Shown piece by piece: positions 24,561 through 35,340 of a stretch of DNA of 46,382 bases (position 1 is its first letter; the number at the start of each line of letters is the position of its first letter). The DNA is from Octopus bimaculoides (Eukaryota). The notes beneath the pieces are model-generated. The model was not told where the DNA came from. It saw nothing but the letters and a program-made list of their open reading frames with translations, and ran no database searches. The DNA is taken from assembly GCF_001194135.2 (NCBI RefSeq), contig NC_068982.1, positions 90,615,158 through 90,661,539 of the forward strand, read 5' to 3'. A program made the position numbers and the translations under genes.

Positions 24561-24762
24561 AGAGGGGACAAACTAGGACAGACAAAGGCATTAAGTCGAT
24601 TACATCGACCCAAGTTCGTAACTGGTACTTAATTTATCGACCCCGAAAGGATGAAAGGCAAAGTCGACCTCGGCGGAATTTGAACTCAGAACATAAAGAC
24701 AGACGAAATACCGCTAAACATTTCGCCCGGCGTGCTAACGATTCTGCCGGCTCGCCGCCTTC
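24561..24762 (-). mobile_element. SINE family 1 variant with an alternative 3' segment
   Basis: Well-preserved head and body (ggcggcgagccggcagaatcgttagcacgccgggcg..gagttcaaattccgccgaggtcgac), then ttaatgcctttgtctgtcctagtttgtcccctct in place of the usual tail. Confidence 0.85.
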
Positions 24763-24763
24763 T

Positions 24764-24855
24764 TACCACACAGCCACGCCTGCGCCTAAGCTTTCTGACC
24801 GTTTTGTCTGCTAAGTTTCATACCAACAAGACATTGGTTAATTTGAGTTTATGGT
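24764..24855 (-). mobile_element. Deleted SINE family 2 5' fragment
   Basis: taggcgcaggcgtggctgtgtggta head followed by a degenerate body piece. Confidence 0.55.
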
Positions 24856-25208
24856 AAACAAGTATATATAGCACTAGTATATGAGACAATCATATGAGAC
24901 AGAGAAAGTGGGGGAGACAGGGAACTTAGCATATATGCGTGTATAAAAATAGATAAATCGATGACTGAGTGAAATCAAAAGAAAAGAAAAATTATAAATA
25001 CGAGTCTGCGGCTTTACTAACAAACTTTGCTTCGTCTATAATACTGTCAGATATATTATACAGGAAAATATAGATTAAACATGCCATACAGGATTTATTA
25101 TGAAATGTTGAATGGAGGACAAAACGTATAGTTTTCAAAATTTAGTGATGTATATTTTGTATTGTTTTAGGTTTTATTATACTGATTTTGTTGTAATCAT
25201 CGTGTATG

Positions 25209-25395
25209 TTTTACTCGTTTCATTTATTCGACTACAGCCATGCTGGAGCACTACCTTGACGTGTTTAGTAAAACAATCTACCGTCAGTATTTATTTTAAA
25301 GTCTGATGCTTATTTTGTCGTTCTCTTGATGAACTGCCAAGTTTTAGTGACGTCAAGAAACCAGCATCAATTGTTAGGCGACAGTGAGAGTCTTT
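25209..25395 (-). mobile_element. SINE family 2, 3' half, diverged
   Basis: cagccatgctggagcac and the tail motif match 16069-16293. Confidence 0.7.
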
Positions 25396-25959
25396 CGGAG
25401 GACCCACCACTCGAATTGTAATACAACCAAATTGATACTTGGTGTTTTGTATCAGATGCATACAATCTGATTCTAATTTTTCGGCAGAATTTATCTAACT
25501 GTTCCTGAGCAATGAGGGACGCAAAACACTGATTTTGATGGGTATTTAAATGATCTGAGCAATATCTACAATGGTGAGCATGTGGTTTGACACGTTCGTG
25601 CTATATGCTGACATTACATACATCATATCATTAACTCCCGAGTGCACTCTACTCTATCTAGTGAGCGAAACAGCCGGTCAACCCGTACATTCTGTAGAGT
25701 ATCAATGAAAGTCATGAATGACGTTAATGTTGGAGCAATTTTGGGTTTCAATCACGTCAATAGGAGTCGCTTCTAGTGAACACCTAGACCTGATATTATG
25801 GACGATTTTTAAAGTCCTAAGCCTACGAGCGCTAGAAGTTGCCTTTGCCTGTTTGGTATAAGCTTTACGTAACTGGCCATGTAGGAATAACCAGTTAGAA
25901 AACCTGTCCGAGAAGTACAGAAGATAATGTATTCATTCGTCGCGCTCTCGCTCGGAATC

Positions 25960-26045
25960 CTACCTAGGTTAACTTTGCATTTCATCCTCCTAGAGTCAAT
26001 AAAATTAAATAGCAACCAAGTACTGGGATCGATGTAACTGAATAG
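25960..26045 (+). mobile_element. SINE family 1, 3' fragment
   Basis: aactttgcatttcatcct..aagtactgggatcgatgtaac. Confidence 0.6.
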
Positions 26046-26524
26046 CTTCTGTAGTACACAGATTAGAAATATTATTATTATTGTAAGACTGAAGTGACAA
26101 AATGCTAAATCGTTGAGCTAAATTCATTGCGTTCTTTACGCTCTGAGTTCACATTGCATCGGAGTTGACTTGGCTTGGATGTCTCATGTGTAGTGTAGCT
26201 AAAATAAAATAATAAAATAGTTTGATATGTTGACCTTTCCCATCCGACAAAATTCTTGCCTTTGTGCCTATGAAAATATTAATTCTATATTATTGTGCTA
26301 GATAGTAAAATCACAGAAGCACAGAATCCAGCTAGATTGCATCAACTTACAGGCTGAGCGTTATTGTTAAGATCCAACTAAGAATTACTTTACCTTTCAA
26401 ACTTACTTGGAATCGAAAACATAAATAAATCCTTCAGATATGATGGCCTCTACCACCACTAAAATAGATTTTTATTGTTTTAGTCTTTGTTTCCGACTCT
26501 TTACTTTCCGTGGTAAATCAAACT

Positions 26525-26695
26525 TAATCGACTTTGCCATTCTGCCCTCCGTGCTCAACAAAATAAAGTACCAGTCAAGTATTGGGGTCGATTGTATCGA
26601 CTCATCCCCTACTTTCAAAATTGCTGGTATTGTCCTAACATTGCTGGTATTGCACTAAAATTGCTGGTATCGTACTAAAATTGGAAAGAATCATT
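26525..26695 (+). mobile_element. SINE family 1, 3' half with a triplicated 20-bp tail unit
   Basis: ttgctggtattgtcctaaca / ttgctggtattgcactaaaa / ttgctggtatcgtactaaaa at 26621-26680. Confidence 0.8.
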
Positions 26696-26698
26696 ATC

Positions 26699-26915
26699 AA
26701 GGCAACAAGTTGACAGACTCGTTAGATTGTCGGACAGAATGCTTTGCAGTATTTCTTCCGAATCTTTCAAATCCTGCGTTCAAATCCCACTGAGGCCAAG
26801 TTTGCTTTCGTCCTTCTGAGGTCAACAAAATAGAGTATCGGTGATAGTAGGGTCGATGGTATAACTGACACCTCTCCTCAAAATTGCTGGCTTTGTGTTT
26901 AAGCATGAAACATTG
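26699..26915 (+). mobile_element. SINE family 1, full length, diverged
   Basis: aaggcaacaagttgacagactcgttag..gcgttcaaatccc..aaaattgctggctttgtg. Confidence 0.75.
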
Positions 26916-27570
26916 CCTTTGTTGCTACTTCTAAATTTACGATAACAAACCTCATTAAATCTATTGGCACTACTATTCCTAGCGAGGAGTTTGGGCTGTA
27001 ATTTGAATGTAAAAAACACACCGAATAACAGAAGACTAGTCACTTGCATTGAATATCTTGTTTCAAGCGGGTCTATATTAGAGTTATTTCTCAATAACGG
27101 CAGAACGTCATTATTTTCACGAATATAAAAACTGAATCGTGCTAAACTAAAACTCTATTTTGTGATATAGCTTTATGTGACGACTGCAAGACATTTAACA
27201 TTATCATTTGATTTGTTACTTGTTAGAAATAACAACCAAATTCTTTTAAACCGTAAACTATTACCTAAACATATGGAAAGACACACTGATAAATTTAGTC
27301 CAAGGTATACACAGACAGAAAAATAAAAGACAAGATTGCCTCGCCTTTAATAATTCTAAAGATTGCCAATCTAGTACTGATCTGCGACTTAACTATGGCA
27401 ACAGCGGTAGCGTTGTTTCTACTATTCCCCAAGTCAGAGGGAAAAGAAATAATTAAAACCAACAGTTTCACAAAACACCTTAAGAGAAAATCATAATTCA
27501 CTAAAGAACATTTTTTTGTCTTTAATATTAGAATAAATCTTAGCTTTACATAACAAAATCTTTTACACTA

Positions 27571-27962
27571 CATAGGCACCGACATAGCTACGTGGTTTAG
27601 AAGTTCACTTCGCAACCACGGGTTTCGGGTTCTGTCCCACCTTGAGAAAGTGTCTTCTTCTCTAGCCTCGGACAAACCAATGCCTTATCAGTGAATTTGG
27701 TGGACGCCGTGTGTGTGTGTGTGTGTGTGTGTGTTTGCAGTGTAGTGTTTTGTCTGTGATTGTCATACTCATGACAATTATTTCGACAATCAGTGTTAGT
27801 TTTTTATGTCCATGCAATATAGCGCGGTTCGGCAAAAGAGACTACTAGAATAAGTCCCAGGCCTTAAATTAAAAATGTTTCGAGGTTGATTTCCTCGAAC
27901 CCCTTCAAGACCATAATCAGCATGGCCGTAATCCAATGACTGAAACAAGTAAAAGATGAACG
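27571..27962 (+). mobile_element. SINE family 2, full length, diverged
   Basis: Head, internal (TG)n, gcggttcggcaaaagagac and tail gactgaaacaagtaaaaga. Confidence 0.8.
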
Positions 27963-29594
27963 ATACACTAATGAAAATAACAATCCCTCACGCTTCATTT
28001 GGTCAGGGTTGTTCAAGTATCTCCGCTTGTCTTGCTCAAAACTGGGCAAGGTTGTTGTGTTATTCTATGAAAAAGAATTACTCGCAAATACAGCAATTTT
28101 CCCTCGCTATGCCGAGGAAAAGACAAGGGCTGGTCTAGTTTGTTACCTCTGTCCTTACAGGCAAGCTTTAAACATCAACAACCGAAACAAATACCGCTAC
28201 ACGTAGTGACCAATGCCCTGACATCTCTGCTGATTCATTGCTCTGGATATGTACCGCATTTATTGACTGCGAATCTCTGAAGGGCAAACTAACCGCGATT
28301 GGATTTGAATCGAGAACACAAATAACCGGAATAATTTTCGTAAAGCATTTCTCAGATGCCTGACAATTCTGGAAAGCAATTTTGTGAAGCAAGGCAGTTG
28401 AATGTTTTCTGTCTAAATGAACAGCAGCAACGTTTAACAATAATAACAAAAGCAGCCACGGTAATGGCAACAAAAAAAAACAGTTGCAACAAACTAACTG
28501 AAACAATATTCAAAATTAATATTGACACTTTGTATTGCATCATTTTTTGTTGTTGTTGATGTTGTTTTGTTTCGATTAAGATAACCAGCTGTGCCTATAA
28601 CCATTGTAAACCCTCCCAGACACATGGAAATGGTATTACTCTATGTCATTATTGGCAGGAAACACAAGAGGGGTGTGAGCATAGTTTCAGCAGAGTAAAG
28701 ATTGAGTGATGTTGTTTTGCTGTGTCTGGGAGTCGGAACGGAGTTAATGGTGTCAGAAAAGGATAGACTACAGGTAGGTGTGTATGGTAGAGAGGCTATG
28801 TGTAGATAGCTCGGTCCGAAATGCGAATAATGTTTTAGTAGTGATGCAAAAGGCAGTGAAATGTTTACGCATATTAACTAATGCTTCATGTGTTGCTGAC
28901 TGAATAATTATATATCAGCTAAACGAAGTTCTTTGGACGCAACAGTGATCAACTGTAGGGGGGGGGATACAAACGCTCGCGAATTATAGTAGTCGTAGCA
29001 AATAATGGAATCTCCCTTTACTTGACACCTAAATAAACTGAAAAAAGAGAATAATGAAAACGCCTTCACTGCATTCCTCCAGTCTCTCTGCTAAAAGTCA
29101 AGTATGATCCATAACAGCTGTTCTTAGTTTGACAAAGAGTGACTAAAATTAATTGCATAATTCCATAATTATTTAACAGTATCATTAAATATATTTGAAC
29201 CGAGCATAAAAAAGTACATTGATTCACTCAATTAATTAGTTTTAGTGCCATATGTTATCTCTCGTAATTTATTACTAGACTCTAATTTCTAACCAATAAC
29301 TGTGAATCTCTCTATTTTTTTTTTAATTAACAGTAAACAAGAAACAACGTGACTGGTCACCATACAGCGAAGCTCGAAGCAAAATTTAAAAAGAAAAAAA
29401 ATCTTCTAAAGTCAGCGCGTCTTTGCTAATAATTTTGGGTTTTAATGTAATATTAACATCATGGCAAAATGAAGTCTTGTAAACGAATTAATATTATCAA
29501 AGATTACTAGTAATATAATGAGAGTTTATTTAATTAACCATATGCCTCTTCTACATGTGTGCATTGATATGCTAATGTAACAATATTCTTGTTT

Positions 29595-29745
29595 CTAACT
29601 GAGGTACGAGGCCAAAACAATGTGGTGTAAAGGGATTACATAGGCTGCAGTACTTGACTGGTTCCTTATTTTGTCGAATCCGAATGATGGAAAACAAAGC
29701 TGACCTCAGCGAGATTTAGACTTTGAACGCACAAGACCAGAACTG
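29595..29745 (-). mobile_element. SINE family 1, degenerate
   Basis: cagtacttgactggttccttattttgtcga..caaagctgacctcagcgagatttagac matches the reverse complement of the family body. Confidence 0.55.
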
Positions 29746-29866
29746 TGTTGGGAGAAGTTAAGTGACCAGACACCAGTACTTGATTAATACAGCCTGATTT
29801 AGATTTAAAACGTAAGTTGGAATAAATATGTTCCAACAATTCTTCTAATTCAACGCCTGAATAGTA

Positions 29867-29905
<39 letters not shown>

Positions 29906-30095
29906 TGTACACACAACGGATTAGACTGTTGGAAAAGAAAAATTCCTAACATCAGGCTACAAGTAACCTTACATGCCAAGAGCCCTCCTAAGCTATCCCT
30001 AATAACACTATTTTCTGAAGTTGTACTAACTGGGTTTTATGCCTATTTCTTCTATTATTATTATTATTATTATTATTATCATCATCATTATTATT

Positions 30096-30315
30096 AAGGC
30101 AGCGAACTGGCAGAATCGTTTCCACGCTGGGCAACATGCTTAGCGGCATTTCGTCCGTTCTTACGTTCCAAGTTCAAATTTCGCCGAGGTCGGCTTCGCC
30201 TTTCATTCTTTCGGGGTCGATACATTAAGTACCAGTTGCGTAGTGGAGTCGATCTAATCGACTGGCCCCCTCCCCCAAAATTTCGGGCCTTTTACCTAGA
30301 ATAGAAAAGAATATA
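30096..30315 (+). mobile_element. SINE family 1, full length
   Basis: aaggcagcgaactggcagaatcgtt..aagttcaaatttcgccgaggtcgg; preceded by (ATT)n at 30053-30095. Confidence 0.9.
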
Positions 30316-30478
30316 CTGAGATTTGGAATGAAAAGGTATAACAGACGCAATACATCCAAAAAACACACACAAGCAACATTACGCCTACTGCCTCATCCAC
30401 AGCAGTTTCACTTTTCTGTTCCAGCCATGTAGTCTCATTACTTTCCTTTCTGCACCTATAACAAGCCACAACTTCAAA

Positions 30479-30760
30479 ATGTCCGTGCAGACTTCGAGAC
30501 ACAACAATATTTTTATATCCATGCTATTTACATCAGTTCTTACCTCAGTGCTTACCATCTGCACCACAAAGATAACGATAAGCAAAGGGTCTACATTACT
30601 GCCAATCATTTTCACAATACTTCTTTTATTACATTATTACAAGTATTATGGAACTAGCCTGTGGGCTATTGTAAGGCACGCTGGCTCAGCCTGCGTTTTG
30701 AAAACCATGCACACAATTTTTTGTAAGCCCTGTACCGACAGACGCAGGAAATATTTTTAA
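30479..30760 (+). CDS. Hypothetical 93-aa hydrophobic ORF, unverified
   Basis: ATG in CAAAATG context, acceptor-like ttttctgttccag ending at 30423 and AATAAA at 30804-30809; no recognisable homology. Confidence 0.2.
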   Translation: MSVQTSRHNNIFISMLFTSVLTSVLTICTTKITISKGSTLLPIIFTILLLLHYYKYYGTSLWAIVRHAGSACVLKTMHTIFCKPCTDRRRKYF

Positions 30761-32082
30761 AGAATCAGAGATATGTACATTTCATCGTTTCTCGTTTTGG
30801 ATAAATAAAAAAAAACTCAGGCAATAAGGTGTTTTCCTTCGCCACATATCTGTCACATAAACACTTGCTATGCTTGCTCACTCATATTCTAAACTGTGTG
30901 ACTAACAATGCTAGCGAAAACTTGCAGAGTTATTTGTATGTTGTTCAAAACAAAAGCATTTTCGTTCATTACAATGGACTTATTTTCTACGTTGGCTAAA
31001 ATGAGCGTTTTTACCAGTCAAAATGACTTTGTCAGCTGCCAAAATATCAACTTTTCCTTTTACACTTAGTGGATCTTATGAATTTTTCATCTATTGTTTT
31101 TGCTTGCTCTACTTTTCAAGTAGTAATTTTTGCCTTATGAAAAACCATCTTGAGTTAAAAAAACACAGTTGACAGATATCACCTTCTCTACGAATCAGAC
31201 GCTTTGCTCATTCTTCGAGATTTTTTAAAATTAAAACTTATCCAAAGAGATTTTAATTTTCAAGAATCTAGCTAAAAATTGCAGCATGTAGGAAAACATG
31301 TGCTGACAAAACAATATGATCACTCTTAATTTACTAACTATAGAAAACAAAGATTTCTTTATAAAAATTTGCAACAGAACTATTTAATGTAATGATACTT
31401 ACACGTATCTATTAAAATGTTTTCGAATTAATATTGTTATATTTTTGTATTATTTTTCAATACTTTTTCTTAAAGCAATAAAATGTGTATTATACCAGAA
31501 AAAATATAATCAAAAAAAAGTTATTTTTGACTCTTCAATTTTCGATATTATTAAAAAGAACGTGGAAAATCTTTAGATAAGAAATCTGTCTATGGTTCTT
31601 ACCAAGCATTTTCAACGAGTGCACTTTTCTCCGTAATTAGAATAGCTAATACTAATTTTTAATGCAGAAAATATTAATTTAAAATAAATACAAATACAAA
31701 ATAAGGGGAAAACGGTTACACAGGTGAAAAACTGCCATCAGTTTCGACACTGTACAATATCGAGCGTCTACCATTCCAGCTACAATTTCTACTGCATGTG
31801 GTAAGTGCGTATGATAACTTTTAGTGTTGGACAAAATAAGAAAACCCGTGTGTGCTGTAGATAGTTGCAATTAAGTTGATTATAGATAGTTAGTATGAAT
31901 ACACTGGCTGTCTCTCAACTAAATGTTCCACAACATTTTTCCTTTGCCTTTCTCAATCAGAAGATTGTTTCCGTATGTCATTCTTCGTTCAGTCAATCAA
32001 TTAGATTCTGATAGCTGTTCTTAGAACCATGAATTTATTGAAGTCCAAAAGGAAAATGAGGGAAGATACGTGGCTTTGTAGT

Positions 32083-33411
32083 TACAGTGTTTCACTCACG
32101 ATCGCAAGATAGTGCTTTTGAAGCGTGAACCAGGGGGTGCTTTGATGGACTGGTGTGTCCCTTTTATGCTGAATGTTATTATCTCGGACATATAAAGGCA
32201 TGGAAACCGGATAACCCGCCCTATGAGTCCTAGCAGTCAAGACGGTAATGTTTAAAAGTTGTTTATGATGATGAGGAGGAGGATGATGATAATGATAGAA
32301 GATAATGAGCCGCCCTTCATGTGTGTCACCTTAGGTTTCGGTATGCTTTTGCTTTTTCATATTTATTTTCAGTTACTATTGCTTGTCACACCCCTGCTTA
32401 ACTTTTGCATCCTACCCAAGACAGAGGAACAGTATTACTGCTTTTTGACGATGAAGAAAACTTTTGGCATTCTGGACCACGAATGGTACAGGCGCCACGA
32501 ATGGTATGGACCCCGGAAAATGTGGAACACATCAGACAAGCTTTGATACGGAGTCCGAATCGCTCTGCTCGGAAACATTCAACTGAAATCAGCAGTGTAT
32601 TTTGCATGGAAACCTGCATTTCTTCCCGTACAAATTGGCCATTGAGCAACAGTTGAACCATTGGACTATGCACAGCGGCTTAAATTCGCATATCAGATGG
32701 AAGCAATTTTTGAGGCAAATGACAACCTCATCTTGTTAATGAGTGATAAAGCTCGTTTGCATCTCAATGGCATGGTGAATCAACAGAACTGTCATTACTG
32801 GGCTCTTGAAAATCTGAGAGAACGAAAGACCACTGCACAGCACAAAAGTGACGGTCTGATGCGCTGTTGGAAAAACTGCTGTCATTGGTCCTTACTTATT
32901 TGAAGACAGTAATGGAAATGTTATAACACTGAACTTCTTTGTGTGTCAATTATGGCGAAAACGTAGGCCTATTCGACGTATGTCGTTTCAGCAGCCAAAG
33001 CATCAATGGACGTTCTTCACCCTCTCTTCGGTGACCGCCTCATTTCTAGGCTTGCTGACATTCCTTGACCCCCTCGGTCCCTTGATTTGTTCACGTGATT
33101 ATTTATGGTGGGGAAAGCTCAAAGCATAAGACCCGGATATTCGACGATTTGAAGGAAGCTATTCACGTGAAATTCACCCAAATCGGCAAAGCAATGCTGG
33201 AGAGAGTGGAGGCCAACTTGCAAGAACGCCTTCAGAAATGCATCAATGAAAACGGATACCACATGATAGATGCTGCTTTCCACACTTGATGTTGACAAAT
33301 GCTAATTCTATATGAACTCGTTGATGTCAATAAAATTTGTTTGCAACTAAAATTAATGATTTTGTGAAGTTTTCAAAAACGTCTATCCTCCACGACCTAC
33401 CCACCCCTGTA
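32083..33411 (+). mobile_element. Tc1/mariner DD41D-like (rosa/Visitor-type) transposase pseudogene
   Basis: TPENVEHIRQALIRSPNRSARKH, LMSDKARLHLNGMVNQQNCHYWA, FGDRLISRLADIP*PPRSLDL..DYLWWGKLK. The DGA..H segment is deleted; spacing fits 41 if restored. Right end ..cacccctgta; left TIR candidate tacagtg.. is weak. Confidence 0.75.
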
Positions 33412-34334
33412 CCAGCAACATTCTTCAAAGGCTAAGACGTGTCAAGTAACGCGTGAACATCCTCAACGATATCTTTAGGCATGACCACAGATTGTATCGA
33501 CCCACGATAAAGTAGCACCAGTTGGTGGACAAGTATGATGCTCACTAATTCCGCCCGTCTTCTCATCTCATCCTTGGACACGTTCATCAATTTCACACGT
33601 TCCACGTTGGAGGGCATATCGTGATATACACTGGTTTAGATTGCTTCCAACTGTTTCTTTGATAAAATATGAAAGCTTCCATCACCAGTTTTGGAAGAAA
33701 AAAATCAAAGTTAAATAGCTCTCCTTCAAGGCCCCTTGTAATCTATCTTTCTTATGTCTTTTCTTGTTTTTCTGTAGTCGAACTATGCCCGGAAGTTCAT
33801 ATTGGTTCAGTAACAAAGCTGCTATTGTTACTGTGGCTATTACAGTTATTATAGCTGTCGTTTGTTTTTTTCACTTGGCTGTGTCAAAATGGCTGACTGA
33901 TTTTTTTAATTCTAATATTTTTCCTGCATATTTTTTCTTGTATATTTTATTCTCTTTTGTGTATCAAAGGTTTTAAAACCGCTTTATTTTTGCTTTCAAA
34001 TTATTTTTTTCGAAATTCTTCGTGGTTTGCCGTCACTATCACGTTTGAAATCAGCATCTCTTGACTTTAAATTAGAAGAATCCATATTAAAACATAAAAA
34101 ACATGAGTGTATAAAAAGTATATATATTATTATTTTTATTCAAGGAAAAATTTTAATGCAATACCTCCAAATAATATGGTAGACAACTCTCTGATGTCCT
34201 TTGCTAAAAGAAAGTTTAAAATCTGAGGTCTTTTCCATGAACTTAAAAGCGGTAAATCTAAATATTCTGCCGTATTATATACTTCATTAAAACAGGATTA
34301 TAGTTTCAAAATTTAGAATAACAACTCTTTCGAT

Positions 34335-34507
34335 CGGACGAAGTAATTCGGCGCCATCGACCCTAAAACTAAATTCCATAGATCTCGAAATGAGGAAAAG
34401 CAAAGTTGATTCCGGCATGAATTCAACTCAGAGCCTAAAAAGTCGGAAGAAATGCTGTATGGTATTTTATCCGACATGCTAACGTTTCTGCCAGCTCTCC
34501 ACCTTAA
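34335..34507 (-). mobile_element. SINE family 1, diverged
   Basis: gcaaagttgattccggcatgaattcaactcagag..atgctaacgtttctgccagctctccacctta. Confidence 0.75.
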
Positions 34508-34509
34508 AT

Positions 34510-34700
34510 GTTTTCAAATTTTGGCACAAGGTCAGCAATTTTGAGGGGAGGAATAAGTCGATAGTATGGAAACCAGTACTTGACTGCTATTTAAGTTTAT
34601 CGATCCTGAAAGGATGAAATGCAATGAGGACCTCAGCGGGAAATGATGTAAGGACGTATAGAGACGGAAGAAATACTTCTTAGTATTTTTTCGATGCTTT
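34510..34700 (-). mobile_element. SINE family 1, tandem with the previous copy
   Basis: ttcaaattttggcacaaggtcagcaatttt..ccagtacttgactg..gaaaggatgaaatgcaa. Confidence 0.75.
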
Positions 34701-34722
34701 AATAACCGCTATTCAATTGACT

Positions 34723-34756
<34 letters not shown>

Positions 34757-34759
<3 letters not shown>

Positions 34760-35165
34760 TATGGTACGACCATAAACCCGAAGGCATCATCGAAAAGGAT
34801 AAGGCAAAGATCCTGTGGGAGTTTATGATTCAGTGCGACCATGAGATAGAGAATAGGAAGCCACACATAGTCTTAATTGAGGAAGAAAGCAAACTATGCT
34901 GGATCATAGATATAGCATGCCCAGCTGACAACAAGATATTCGATAGGAAAGAAGGAAAAGTCGATAGATATGATGGGTTAGCTTGGGAGGTTAAGCAGTT
35001 GTAGTGGATGAAAAAGGTGATAGTAGTACCAATAATTGTTTGAACCCTGGGAACAGTGAGTCAAAATCTTGAGAAGTACATGGAACAAATAGGGGCTGCA
35101 ATAAGGATGGAGCACTTGCAGAAAACAGCACTTCTTGGAACCGCTTGAATACTCTCCGGTCCCAA
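34757..35165 (+). mobile_element. 5'-truncated R4/Dong-like LINE (subfamily C), RLE region
   Basis: KILWEFMIQCDHEIENRKPHIVL..WIIDIACPAD..KVDRYDGLAWEVKQL..LQKTALLGTA; begins directly after (AAT)n at 34724-34756. Confidence 0.85.
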
Positions 35166-35199
35166 ACACCATGTAGAAAAAAATTACAAACAGATTATC

Positions 35200-35340
35200 G
35201 GTAGAGTCGAGCGAATTCCCTGGGGTATTTTGTTACGGTCTATAACACTCTGAGTTCAAATCACACCATGGTCAATTTTGCTTTTCAACTTCCGGGTTAA
35301 TAAAGTCTTGTTAGTGAAATAATCGACTAGTACCTAAGTA
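35200..35340 (+). mobile_element. SINE family 1, highly degenerate
   Basis: ctctgagttcaaatcacaccatggtcaattttgcttttca. Confidence 0.45.

Noticed and set aside
26621-26680. CRISPR-like array
   Set aside because: Contiguous tandem units with no spacers, in a eukaryotic context with no cas genes.
28590-28820. Possible retroelement fragment
   Set aside because: No diagnostic motif could be read in any frame.
31724-31800. Exon ending at a perfect GTAAGT donor
   Set aside because: The upstream acceptor is purine-rich and no frame is recognisable.
33432-33617. 61-aa ORF beside the DD41D element
   Set aside because: Bounded by stops, with no motif or splice support; probably an unidentified TE relic.
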